From positions 1 to 40,808 of the IMG/VR virus record IMGVR_UViG_3300032322_001668: a stretch of DNA of 40,808 nt. One strand, written 5' to 3'. Below the pieces are notes generated by a model that saw only the letters and a program-made list of their open reading frames with translations, was not told where the DNA came from and did not search any database. Positions 8,790 to 17,421 of the stretch are shown here, in pieces (within the stretch, counting starts at the first letter, position 1; each line of letters begins with the position of its first letter). The DNA comes from a virus. Its lineage: Duplodnaviria; Caudoviricetes. The position numbers and the translations under genes were made by a program.

Positions 8790-8993
8790 TTACGAGGTAC
8801 GGAGGAGACCCGCCGTGCGGAGCTTGGCGAGCAGCGCATTGAAGTCGGCGACGATGCCGGCGACATCCGTCGCAGTGCTGTTCGCCTGCGCAGCGGCCTG
8901 CCGGTTTTCAAGCGTGTTGATCGTCGTGCCGTACTCGGCCAGTTCCTTACCGACGTCGTTGGCGTCGATGTTCTTCACGATAGTCACAGGCAT
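8790..8993 (-). CDS. head fibre / decoration-like protein
   Basis: C-terminal ATDVAGIVADFNALLAKLRTAGLL motif typical of head-fibre proteins; GGAG SD. Confidence 0.7.
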   Translation of the reverse strand: MPVTIVKNIDANDVGKELAEYGTTINTLENRQAAAQANSTATDVAGIVADFNALLAKLRTAGLLRTS

Positions 8994-9017
8994 CAGTATT
9001 CTCCGTTCAGTAGGAAA

Positions 9018-11078
9018 TCATTGCGGACCGCCCGCAATGTTGGTGCGCGGCCCCATGTCGCCACCGACATTTCCGCCTTTCGGGGTCTGGTCGCCCTGCG
9101 CCTGCGCGCCGAGCTGAGCCATCTGCTGCGCCTGCATGGCCTGCGCCTGCATCGCTTGGTCGATCTCGTCGGACGTCGGCACGATGGCTTCGCCGTCGAG
9201 TCCGATGGTCTGGGCGATCTCGCGCAGGATCGCCGCGCGCCCCTTCGGGCCGACGATCTGGCTGTCGAGCGGATTGGCCGTGATCTGCAGGAACTCAAGC
9301 TGGCGGGCGCGCTGCGTTTCCTTCTGCACCGCGACGTTGACGCCGAGCACACGCACCGTCTCCTGACCCGTCAGGATGCCCGACGTGTCGGTCAGCATGA
9401 TCATGTCGTAGAGCTGTTCGAGCAGCGGCGCGAGGACGTCGCGGTCGATGTTCGCCGCCACCGTCTGCAGGATCTTCGACGCGTTACCCATGAGCATCGC
9501 GAGGCCCGAGGCGGTGCGTCCGGCTCCGGAGCCCGCGCCCTGACCCGACAGATATTTCGGAATCGCCGACAGCTCGTCGGCCATGTCCGTGAAGCGCTGG
9601 TAGACGCCGAGCAGCTCGGCGGCGTTCGACGTCGGCATGAAGAAGCTGATCGGCGGCTGGCCGTTGTTGCCGAGCGGATCGCTCTGCACATGCCACCGCT
9701 TCCACGGGTAAAGCTCTTCGCCGTTCTCGTCGGGAGCGAGGCGGTCGTCGTTGACGACGACCTGCGGGCCGGAGGCGATGGAGAGGTTGTTGACGAGGGA
9801 GCGGAGCGAGGCGTTCGCCACTTCCTGAATGTCGTTGAGAATGTCGGGCAGCCCGTTGCCGACGGGCGTGCCGGGCACCTTCTCGAAGCTCGTGACGAAG
9901 TAGGGATGGCGCTTGCGCGGGCTAGGCGCGATCTGCGCCTTGATCACGTAGCGCCCGATCAACCACGCCTGCACGGCGTAGTCGCGCATCGCGTCGGGAA
10001 CTTCTTCTTCCGACATGCCCCATTCGAGGAGCATGCGACCCTGCACGTTGCCATGGAACTCAAGGCAGTCGATGAGCCCCGACTGGTTGAAGTTCGGGTT
10101 CTCCCGGTTCTCCATCACCGCGCGTTCGCTGTCGGTGCTGTCCCAGTCGTCGGCCAAGCCGCCGCGTCCGTAGAGATCAAGCACTTCGCGGATGGCGGCG
10201 TGGTTGTAGCCGGGCAGGTCAAGAAGGTCGTTGAGGTCGGCGCGGGTGAGGCGGATGCGCTCGATGACCTGCGCGTCTTCGATGTCGGAGACGCCCGGCG
10301 TCCACCACACGTCGAACGGTGACACGCGCCTCCAGAACAAGCGCGGCTTCTGCTCGACGACGGCCTGTCCCTCGACCCATGTAACGACAGGGACAACACG
10401 CACCTCCGGCCCCTTGATGCAGGCGAAGGGGAACAGCGGCAGGTCGATGATGAACTCGGCGAGCGACTTGTAGAACCCGCCCTCGACGAGGATCTCCTCG
10501 ATCTTCTGCTCGGAGACTTCCGCCTGCTTCTGCGCCCGGCGCTTGGAGGCGTCGCGCGCCGCCTGCATGAGCTGGATCATCCGATCCTGCATCATCATGG
10601 GGTCGATGGGCAGCCCCTGCTGCATCAGGGTCATGGCCTCCGTCTGGACGAGTTGACGGATGGCGGAAGAAATTTCCTGCGGGACGTCGGGGTCTGCGGG
10701 AGGAGACAGACCCCACGGTTTCTGAGGGGAGAGATAGACGTCCCGCAGGAGGGATGATGCGCCGCGGCATTTCATCGCGACGACGCGCGCATATACCGTG
10801 GAGCCCCCGAAGCGCTGAATTTCTGCAAGCTTCTCAGGCGGGTACTCGCCGTTGAAGGCGCGCAACGCCGAAAGAAGTCGGTCGTTCCATCCGTTCGTCG
10901 ACGAGCGGTGGTTCCGCATCATCTCGAACTGCGTGCGAATGTAAGACGCAAGATTGTCGGTCGTATCGTCCGTAGCTTCCGCGGCGCGCGCAGTCGCTTC
11001 GTCCTTCGCCTTCATGGCGGCTTCGTATTGCGCCGGGGGTACGACACGCAGCAGCGGCGCAAAAGCAAGCTCGGCCAT
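9018..11078 (-). CDS. portal protein
   Basis: 686 aa from MAELAF (GGAG SD); RVSPFD.WW.P, ASGPQVVVN.DRL and AGRTASGLAMLM motifs of podoviral portals. Confidence 0.9.
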   Translation of the reverse strand: MAELAFAPLLRVVPPAQYEAAMKAKDEATARAAEATDDTTDNLASYIRTQFEMMRNHRSSTNGWNDRLLSALRAFNGEYPPEKLAEIQRFGGSTVYARVVAMKCRGASSLLRDVYLSPQKPWGLSPPADPDVPQEISSAIRQLVQTEAMTLMQQGLPIDPMMMQDRMIQLMQAARDASKRRAQKQAEVSEQKIEEILVEGGFYKSLAEFIIDLPLFPFACIKGPEVRVVPVVTWVEGQAVVEQKPRLFWRRVSPFDVWWTPGVSDIEDAQVIERIRLTRADLNDLLDLPGYNHAAIREVLDLYGRGGLADDWDSTDSERAVMENRENPNFNQSGLIDCLEFHGNVQGRMLLEWGMSEEEVPDAMRDYAVQAWLIGRYVIKAQIAPSPRKRHPYFVTSFEKVPGTPVGNGLPDILNDIQEVANASLRSLVNNLSIASGPQVVVNDDRLAPDENGEELYPWKRWHVQSDPLGNNGQPPISFFMPTSNAAELLGVYQRFTDMADELSAIPKYLSGQGAGSGAGRTASGLAMLMGNASKILQTVAANIDRDVLAPLLEQLYDMIMLTDTSGILTGQETVRVLGVNVAVQKETQRARQLEFLQITANPLDSQIVGPKGRAAILREIAQTIGLDGEAIVPTSDEIDQAMQAQAMQAQQMAQLGAQAQGDQTPKGGNVGGDMGPRTNIAGGPQ

Positions 11079-11167
11079 TCGTGTTCTCCGGCAGGCTCGA
11101 CCAACTGCCCAGTAATACAGTAGATTGCGACCATTATGCAATAACCGCACGGCCGAGGAAAGACCGC

Positions 11168-11644
11168 ATGGACGCCGTTTCAGTCCCCTCCCCCATCGGT
11201 GACGATCTTGTCCTTATCAAGGTCGCGCGCGAAATTGCGATGGATTTGCAACCTCTCGATTCTATACTTAAAACCCACTGTATTGACGCGGATGACTGGG
11301 AACGCATTTCAAACAGCGCGTATTTTAAGAGCGTGCTGGCCGAGCAGGCGATGGCTTGGAACTCGGCGGTGAACACGCACGAGCGCATTCGACTGAAGGC
11401 CGCTTCAATGGTGGAGGAGTGGCTTCCCGAACTTTTTCACCGCATGCACCAGCCCAACGAGAGCCTCGCGGCAAAGATCGAAGGCGGCAAACTCGCGGCG
11501 CGACTGGCCGGCGTAGGTCTCTCGGGAGCGGACGTCGCCGGCATCGGCGAGAAGTTTTCTGTGACGATCAACCTTGGCGCAGACAACTCCCTGAAGATCG
11601 AAAAGAACATCACGCCGAAGATGATCGATGCGGAGGACGCATGA
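11168..11644 (+). CDS. probable terminase small subunit
   Basis: 158 aa, helical, with C-terminal FSVTINLG strand; first gene of the cassette leading to TerL. Confidence 0.6.
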   Translation: MDAVSVPSPIGDDLVLIKVAREIAMDLQPLDSILKTHCIDADDWERISNSAYFKSVLAEQAMAWNSAVNTHERIRLKAASMVEEWLPELFHRMHQPNESLAAKIEGGKLAARLAGVGLSGADVAGIGEKFSVTINLGADNSLKIEKNITPKMIDAEDA

Positions 11645-11733
11645 TCGATGTCATCATCACGGTGTTTGTTGTAATCGGCTTCGCCGTGTTCATCGGAGGA
11701 GCTTTGGTCGCAAATATCGAGAGGTTCTGGTGA
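11641..11733 (+). CDS. 30-aa membrane peptide
   Basis: GGAGG SD, ATGA overlap, single TM helix MIDVIITVFVVIGFAVFIGGALVANIERFW. Confidence 0.55.
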   Translation: MIDVIITVFVVIGFAVFIGGALVANIERFW

Positions 11734-11954
11734 TGAACGACGTCCTGCCGATGCCCACGGGAGTGCTGCAGCTTTCGGACGACGAGTGGGTCGTCATTCT
11801 GGAAGACGACCGCCTTCTGCCGGTGACCGACTGGATCGATGAGGAAGGCGATTTCTGCGACCCCGACGACGCCATCGTCTGCGTGGCGGGCGACGAAGAG
11901 TTCGGCTGGATCACGCTGGAACTCGACAGAGACGCCGGCATCGTAGTGAACTGA
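11733..11954 (+). CDS. acidic hypothetical protein
   Basis: TGATG coupling; PVTDWIDEEG..CDPDDA..CVAG motif. Confidence 0.65.
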   Translation: MNDVLPMPTGVLQLSDDEWVVILEDDRLLPVTDWIDEEGDFCDPDDAIVCVAGDEEFGWITLELDRDAGIVVN

Positions 11955-11976
11955 AGAGCATCGTAGTAAACTGAAG
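11938..11976 (+). repeat. 19-bp tandem direct repeat
   Basis: GCATCGTAGTGAACTGAAG (11938-11956) and GCATCGTAGTAAACTGAAG (11958-11976), one mismatch. Confidence 0.85.
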
Positions 11977-11984
11977 GGCGATCA

Positions 11985-12530
11985 ATGACGTTGTTCACAG
12001 CTTCCGGCTCGCTGCCGCGCCACCAATACGTCCACGTCGAGGGCTCATTCCTCGGGCTCACGGGGCTGCACCGCGCCGTTTGGTTCGGGCTGCACGCAAC
12101 GCAAGGGCGGGCGTGGGGCTGCACAGTGATGCTGGAGGCTGGCGCGGTGTATCGGAACCTCCCGCCGCAGGCCATCGCGTTCACCACCACGCCGGGCAAC
12201 TGGACGATCAAGCAGGCGCAACTCTGGGACTGCTACGGGGCGCAATTCTCGCTGCACGTCTACGACTATCTCGACGGGCTCTCTGCGGTGGCGCGCGTGC
12301 AGGGCGAGGACGTGCGCTGCAGCTACCTGTTCACCGCCATCCCCGTGAACGACGGCTACACGGCCGAGCCGGAGCAGGACAAGGAGTTCATGTTCCTGCG
12401 GACCGAGCAGGGCCGCCTGACGATCCAACCCACCAACCGCGTCCGCTTCATCGACAAGAGTTTCACCGACCCGTTGCTCGGCTGGCCTCGTCTGTCGGTG
12501 AGCCGCACCATCTGGAGCTGCGAAGACTGA
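11985..12530 (+). CDS. conserved phage hypothetical protein
   Basis: 181 aa with good codon usage; GAVYRNLP..A, QLWDCY and QPTNRV motifs; coupled to TerL by TGATG. Confidence 0.75.
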   Translation: MTLFTASGSLPRHQYVHVEGSFLGLTGLHRAVWFGLHATQGRAWGCTVMLEAGAVYRNLPPQAIAFTTTPGNWTIKQAQLWDCYGAQFSLHVYDYLDGLSAVARVQGEDVRCSYLFTAIPVNDGYTAEPEQDKEFMFLRTEQGRLTIQPTNRVRFIDKSFTDPLLGWPRLSVSRTIWSCED

Positions 12531-13981
12531 TGCCCGCCATCGACTACACCGCCCCGCCGACCTGCGCCGCCTTCATGAAGAGCCAAGCGTTCGGCCGCTT
12601 GATCGGCGGCCCCGTCGGCTCGGGCAAGACCACCGCCTGCCTGTTCGAACTGTTCCGCCGGGCGTGCGAGCAGCAGCCCGCCCCTGACGGCGTGCGCTAC
12701 ACCCGCTTCGCCATCCTGCGGCAGACGCTGAGCCAGCTCAAGATGACGGTGCTCAAGGACATCACGCAGTGGCTGCAGGGCGTGGCTACCTTCAAGGTAT
12801 CCGAGAACACCGTGTACATTGAGATCGGCGACGTGCACTCGGAGTGGGTGCTCATCCCGCTCGAAGACGCCGAGGACCAGCGCAGGCTGCTCTCCTCGCA
12901 GCTCACGGGCGCGTGGATCTCGGAGTGCATCGAGATCGACGTCGGGCTCGTGGCCGCCATCTCCGGCCGCTGCGGCCGGTACCCGTCGGCAGCGCAGGGC
13001 GGCGCGACGTGGTTCGGCGTCATCGCCGACACCAACATGCCGTCCGAGGGCTCGCCGTGGCATAAGTTCATGGCGCTTGAGACCCCGCCGGACTGGCAAA
13101 TCTTCATTCAGCCCTCGGGCCTCTCGGACGAGGCGGAGAATCTTGAGTGGCTGACGCAGACGACCGAGACGCTCAAGCTGCCCGTCGATGACCCCGCGCG
13201 TCGCGCGCAGGGCCGCACGTACTATGAACGTCTGAGCCGCTCCAACGGCGAGGACTGGGTGCGCCGCTACGTGCACGCCGAGTACGGCAACGACCCGTCA
13301 GGCTCGGCGGTATTCCGCGAGACGTTCAAGATGAGCTTCCACGCCGTCGACGAGTTGGAGCCCGTGTACGGCCACCCCATCATCGTGGCGCAGGACTTCG
13401 GCCGCAACCCGTGCGCCATCATCGCGCAGATCGACCACAAGGGCCGTCTGCTGGTTCTGGAGGAACTGGCGACCGAGGACATGGGGCTCGAACTCCACAT
13501 CCAGCGCGCGCTCAAGCCGGCGCTCTCCAGCGAGCGCTATTTCGGCCGCCCGGTGTACATCGTGGGCGACCCGGCGGGCCGTCAGCGCTCGACGAGCTAT
13601 GAGGAGACCAGCTTCGACCTCCTCAAGCGCAACGGCCTGATGGCCTTCCCCGCCCCGACCAACGACATCGACAAGCGCATCCGCGCCGTCGAGGCGTTCC
13701 TACTGTCGCAGCGCGACGGCGGCCCCGCCATCATGTTCGACCGTCGCCGCTGCCCGAAGCTCGTGCAGGCGATGAACGGCCAGTACCGCTACGCAAAGAC
13801 GCGGGGCGGGCAACTGCGTGCCCTGCCCGACAAGAGCCACCCGTGGTCCGACCTTGCCGACGCGCTGCAATACGCCTGCCTCGCGGCGCACGGCGGCTTC
13901 GCCGACTACGTCGCCAACAAGCTCACGCGCCCTCGCGCAAACTCGGAGCGTCGTCGGGTCTCGGCTGCTGCGTGGACGTGA
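12530..13981 (+). CDS. terL: terminase large subunit
   Basis: Walker A GPVGSGKT, DTN coupling motif, RNase H-like QDFG, GDPAG and C-terminal SDLADALQY; start at ATG 12530. Confidence 0.93.
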   Translation: MPAIDYTAPPTCAAFMKSQAFGRLIGGPVGSGKTTACLFELFRRACEQQPAPDGVRYTRFAILRQTLSQLKMTVLKDITQWLQGVATFKVSENTVYIEIGDVHSEWVLIPLEDAEDQRRLLSSQLTGAWISECIEIDVGLVAAISGRCGRYPSAAQGGATWFGVIADTNMPSEGSPWHKFMALETPPDWQIFIQPSGLSDEAENLEWLTQTTETLKLPVDDPARRAQGRTYYERLSRSNGEDWVRRYVHAEYGNDPSGSAVFRETFKMSFHAVDELEPVYGHPIIVAQDFGRNPCAIIAQIDHKGRLLVLEELATEDMGLELHIQRALKPALSSERYFGRPVYIVGDPAGRQRSTSYEETSFDLLKRNGLMAFPAPTNDIDKRIRAVEAFLLSQRDGGPAIMFDRRRCPKLVQAMNGQYRYAKTRGGQLRALPDKSHPWSDLADALQYACLAAHGGFADYVANKLTRPRANSERRRVSAAAWT

Positions 13982-14035
13982 CCGCCCGCACGGCGAGCAC
14001 GGTGCAGCGCCTGCGGCGGGTCCGCCGGCCGGTGG

Positions 14036-14266
14036 TCAGACACTGCTGACCTCCAGTGGCGCAGGGTCCACAACGCGCTGATCCAACCACCGCTCGACGT
14101 CGGTAAGCCGGTAGAACACCGCTTTTTCCAGTTTGAGAAAAGCCGGCCCACGGCCGTTGCGTCGCCAGATCCGCAGCGTGCTCTTCGACACGCCGAGCAT
14201 TTCAGCCACATCTTCCTGCGACAGGAGCCCCACGCTCAGCCGCAAACTATTGTCGTTTTGTGCCAT
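14036..14266 (-). CDS. AlpA/excisionase-like HTH DNA-binding protein
   Basis: LLSQEDVAEMLGVSKSTLRIWRRNGRGPAFLKL...VFYRL.DV.RWL is a classic HTH_17/AlpA pattern; AAGGA SD before ATG at 14266. Confidence 0.88.
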   Translation of the reverse strand: MAQNDNSLRLSVGLLSQEDVAEMLGVSKSTLRIWRRNGRGPAFLKLEKAVFYRLTDVERWLDQRVVDPAPLEVSSV

Positions 14267-14300
14267 AACATCCTTCAACCGTTTTTTGCGGCTGAAGATG

Positions 14301-14328
14301 AAAATAAGTGCCAATTTGAAACAGTCAA
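14301..14328 (-). promoter_or_regulatory. putative sigma70 promoter for the HTH gene
   Basis: Minus strand TTGACT-16 bp-TATTTT, 35 nt upstream of the ATG. Confidence 0.5.
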
Positions 14329-14487
14329 CGACTCTATTGCTACATTCATGGGACCACTCAACGTGAAAAATCAAGGGTGTGCAAGCGGCGTGGGCACAAG
14401 CGTGTGCACGCGCGGATGATTACATAATGTAATAGTGAAGTAATAATGGTTTTTAGGTGCTGTATATTTTTAAGGTACCCAAACAAA

Positions 14488-14532
14488 GGGGGGCCGGGGG
14501 TGGGGTGGCCCGAGCCAATAGGGGGTGGGGGG
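14488..14532 (+). other. G-tract cluster (potential G-quadruplex or packaging/terminus signal)
   Basis: Five G-runs (G6, G5, G4, G5, G6) within 45 nt, next to an AT-rich segment. Confidence 0.5.
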
Positions 14533-14568
14533 TACCCCTACCTCGGAGGTATGCAGTCTTCCTAAGCC

Positions 14569-14899
14569 GAGAGGTTCGCCTCTCCCCCCTCATGGGGCGC
14601 GCTGTTTGACAATCGAATCCTTGGTCGGTGCGCGGGCTCGCGGTGCGAGCGGGCCCCAGTCGACTCCCCGCTAGGGCTCCGGCAGGGGGATATCTGCCGA
14701 TCCGAGTCTCCCAAGCCCCGACGTACGCACGTGGTCACTGCGTCGGGAAACGCCTCGCCGGCGGCTTCGCAGGAGAACGGTCCAACCCGGTAAAGGTCCG
14801 CGCGAGCGGTAAGTCCGGTCGGCACCCCCCGGTCTCACAGTGGCCGGATAGTCTAGGGCACCTTTCAACACGATTGCGTCGGACGGTTCCGTCCGGCGC
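14569..14899 (+). ncRNA. candidate structured leader or ncRNA
   Basis: About 330 nt with no credible ORF and at least 8 stem-loops, including UUCG and GNRA (GCGA) tetraloops. Confidence 0.4.
14601..14612 (+). promoter_or_regulatory. boxA-like antitermination element
   Basis: GCTGTTTGACAA resembles boxA (GCTCTTTAACA) and is preceded by hairpins GAGAGG-TTCG-CCTCTC and CCCC-TCAT-GGGG, as in rrn leaders. Confidence 0.55.
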
Positions 14900-14940
14900 G
14901 TTTGGCCCTTTTCCGCAACCCCTACCTCCAAGGTAACACC

Positions 14941-15210
14941 ATGCCGAACCGCAATCTCGCCGCCAAATTCGAACGCTCGCGCCGCCAAGCTCGCGAAGCC
15001 GCGCGCATGGAATATTCGAAGTCGGGCTATTCGACCGCCCGCCCGTTCATCGCCGACAATGCGACCGTCAAATGCTCGCTCGCGCCCAAGCTTGAGCGCG
15101 ACACGTATCGCCCGCGCGTCAAGTACAACGGCATCGCCCGTGAAGGTATCGTCGCCATGCTCGCGGCCGAACCGTTCAAGTCGGAACAACGCCTGATCCG
15201 GCGCGGCTGA
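14941..15210 (+). CDS. early hypothetical protein
   Basis: 89 aa basic ORF; TACC-N5-GGTA/SD 5 nt upstream of the ATG. Confidence 0.7.
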   Translation: MPNRNLAAKFERSRRQAREAARMEYSKSGYSTARPFIADNATVKCSLAPKLERDTYRPRVKYNGIAREGIVAMLAAEPFKSEQRLIRRG

Positions 15211-15221
15211 TAGGCCGCCAT

Positions 15222-15262
15222 GGGAGCGAGCCGCCACCGCTGCCCGCTCCCTCTCTTTTTTC
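15222..15262 (+). terminator. intrinsic terminator
   Basis: GGGAGCG...CGCTCCC stem followed by TCTCTTTTTTC. Confidence 0.6.
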
Positions 15263-15263
15263 T

Positions 15264-15470
15264 TATTCTATATTCTTTATTCTTTATTTTGATACTAGCA
15301 AGGTTGCCGCCCGCGCCTTACCGCCAAGGTAAAGCGGGCGCACATACCTACTACCTATAGTATCATTTCAGACATCACAGAATATAGAATTACAAAACAT
15401 TCCCGTGCGAAATCAAACACTTGCGCCCGTTTCTTCATATTCGGCAAAATACAGAATAACAGAATATTCG
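15264..15470. other. AT-rich origin-like region with short iterons and an IHF-like site
   Basis: TATTCT repeats with 7-bp period (15264-15290), inverted AGAATA repeats (15379, 15453, 15461) and AATCAAACACTTG (15411-15423) matching WATCAANNNNTTR. Confidence 0.5.
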
Positions 15471-15532
15471 TTTGGCACTTTGCCCGCGCCCACCACGCGC
15501 GCCTTCAAACCCCTACCTGAAAGGTAACTCTC

Positions 15533-16246
15533 ATGTCCCGCAAGAACGACACCCGCTTCGCCGACTTCCTCTCCGACACTGTCGATGCGCTCGGCCGCAC
15601 GCAGGGCGAAGGTGAGACGTCGCTGCCTAAGCTCGCCATCGCCGTCGCCCATGCCGCGCGTGACGGATACATCACGTCCGAAAAGCAGGGTGACGCGCCC
15701 GACGCAGCGCACCTGATCTATCAGCGCTATGTCGATGCACGCGCCGCCGCATCGACCGCCTACCGCACCCCGACCGCCGGCGGGTTTTCCGGCAACGTGT
15801 CGAAGCTTCGCGCCTTCGTGAAGCTCGGTGAGAAGGCGAAGATTGATGGCGCATCCGTTCTCGAACGCGCCCGCGAGATCCTCAATGACCTTGTCGATGC
15901 AACGCCGGACGCCAAGCTCAAGTCTCCTTACGCCTACCTTGTCGATGTCGCCCGCCGACAACTCGAAACCGAATACGAGTTGTCGGATGCCGACCTTGGC
16001 GAGATTGCGGCGAAACCCGTGCGTGGCGAGAAGTCCCGCGCTGACAAGCTGCGCGACGCCTTCGATGCGCTCTACGCCATCGCCGAGGATGGGGACGACG
16101 AAGACCGTCTGCAGGACGCCATGGAATTGGTGAAGGGCGAGCTTCACGCCATGGGCGAGCTGACGAGTGTCGAAATCGCCGCCGTCAAGGAACGCAATAA
16201 GACCATGGCGAAGATTGCCGCGCTGCAGGCGAAGCTCGCTGCATGA
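15533..16246 (+). CDS. early hypothetical protein (helical)
   Basis: 237 aa with strong codon bias; motif/SD 6 nt upstream. Confidence 0.8.
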   Translation: MSRKNDTRFADFLSDTVDALGRTQGEGETSLPKLAIAVAHAARDGYITSEKQGDAPDAAHLIYQRYVDARAAASTAYRTPTAGGFSGNVSKLRAFVKLGEKAKIDGASVLERAREILNDLVDATPDAKLKSPYAYLVDVARRQLETEYELSDADLGEIAAKPVRGEKSRADKLRDAFDALYAIAEDGDDEDRLQDAMELVKGELHAMGELTSVEIAAVKERNKTMAKIAALQAKLAA

Positions 16247-16335
16247 CGGCGAGCCTACCCCAAAGGTAACGCACTCATCCTAGTCGCGCGGCACCATCGC
16301 CGCGCGACCTATCCTCTTACCGCAAAGGTAAAACG

Positions 16336-16509
16336 ATGAACCCCTTCCTCTACGCATCCATGCAGCGCGCCTATCTCAGCGACCTCTGCGAGCCTGTCGG
16401 CGACGACCTGCACCGTGAGTGCTGCATCGTCTACTACGGTGTCTATGCGACCGACGACGAGCGCGAGCCTTGTCTGCCGCACAACTTCTCCGTGCGCCTG
16501 TTCTTCTGA
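16336..16509 (+). CDS. small early hypothetical protein
   Basis: 57 aa (MNPFLYASMQRAYL...VRLFF), hand-translated; motif/SD 5 nt upstream. Confidence 0.6.
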   Translation: MNPFLYASMQRAYLSDLCEPVGDDLHRECCIVYYGVYATDDEREPCLPHNFSVRLFF

Positions 16510-16556
16510 CGCGCGCGCCAATCATCACTCTCCCGGCTTACCTCGGAGGTATTCCC

Positions 16557-16718
16557 ATGAACTACGTCGTCTATCGCGACTCCATCCACCACCGCTGGTG
16601 GACTGTCTACGCCGTCACTGAGAAGTACGGTCGCTGTCTCGTGCCGCACCAGCGCGGGTTCAAACGCAAGCGCGATGCGATGGACTACGTGATTCGCGTA
16701 CTTACCTCGGAGGTATGA
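16557..16718 (+). CDS. small early hypothetical protein
   Basis: 53 aa (MNYVVYRD...); motif/SD 5 nt upstream. Confidence 0.65.
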   Translation: MNYVVYRDSIHHRWWTVYAVTEKYGRCLVPHQRGFKRKRDAMDYVIRVLTSEV

Positions 16719-16719
16719 C

Positions 16720-16818
16720 ATGCGCGCCCTCATCGAAGTCATCCGCGCGGCCGTCGAGACGGTCGTCATCCTCGCCTTCCTCGCCGTCGTCGTCCTCGTA
16801 TGGGTGGCGACGCCCTGA
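16720..16818 (+). CDS. 32-aa membrane peptide
   Basis: MRALIEVIRAAVETVVILAFLAVVVLVWVATP; flanked by motif copies at 16703 and 16821. Confidence 0.6.
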   Translation: MRALIEVIRAAVETVVILAFLAVVVLVWVATP

Positions 16819-16838
16819 TTTACCTCGGAGGTAAACCA

Positions 16839-17126
16839 ATGAACACCCGCACCAAGACCATCGACAACTCGGACTTGTCTTCGTCCGACCCCACCTACGT
16901 CCGCCACCTCGCCGAGACGCTGGTGACGCTCGACCTGTCGAGCCCCGACCACGATGTGCTCGACGACGTGGTGAAGATCATCGCCCACGTCTCCCGCGAG
17001 CTGGCGGTGCGTGAGGCGCAGCTCCGCGCTCGTGAGGCTGCGCTCGCCAAGCAGGAGGCGACGCGCTCGCTCGTGGACAAGTTGTCCGCCGCCGTCGGTG
17101 TCGAGAAGACCCGGCGCTGGTTCTGA
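16839..17126 (+). CDS. early hypothetical protein (coiled coil)
   Basis: 95 aa; motif/SD 5 nt upstream. Confidence 0.7.
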   Translation: MNTRTKTIDNSDLSSSDPTYVRHLAETLVTLDLSSPDHDVLDDVVKIIAHVSRELAVREAQLRAREAALAKQEATRSLVDKLSAAVGVEKTRRWF

Positions 17127-17142
17127 TACCTCGGAGGTAAAG

Positions 17143-17418
17143 ATGCACAGACTCAAAGAGAAACCCGAGAGACTTGCGGAGCTTGTGGCTGCGCACGATT
17201 ACGTGGCGAATTGGACGGACCATAAGACGGACGAAATCATGGCCGCAATGGCAAGGCACTTCTCCCCTGAAATGATCGCGGAGGCCGAGGCCGTGATCGC
17301 AGTGCGCGACGCCGAGTTCACACATGAGCAGCGGCAAGACCATTACGATGACGCCGGAGAGATCAGAGTGGCGGGGACGCTTCGCGGAACCATCAACGAG
17401 CTGCTGGATCGAGTTTAA
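17143..17418 (+). CDS. early hypothetical protein
   Basis: 91 aa; motif/SD 3 nt upstream. Confidence 0.7.
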   Translation: MHRLKEKPERLAELVAAHDYVANWTDHKTDEIMAAMARHFSPEMIAEAEAVIAVRDAEFTHEQRQDHYDDAGEIRVAGTLRGTINELLDRV

Positions 17419-17421
17419 CCC

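Noticed and set aside
12080-12529. N-terminal extension of TerL in the ORF track
   Set aside because: It overlaps the better 11985-12530 gene and reads as Arg/Gly/Ala-rich noise. ATG 12530 is translationally coupled and lies near the Walker A motif.
14569-14899. tRNA or known ribozyme
   Set aside because: No cloverleaf with T-loop GTTCRA and no hammerhead core could be identified by eye. Kept only as an unclassified structured RNA candidate.
16256-17139. CRISPR array formed by the repeated TACCTCGGAGGTA units
   Set aside because: Repeats are only 13 bp, spacing is irregular (62-306 nt), the intervening sequences are ORFs, and there is no cas operon. The Cas4-like nuclease is a common stand-alone phage gene.
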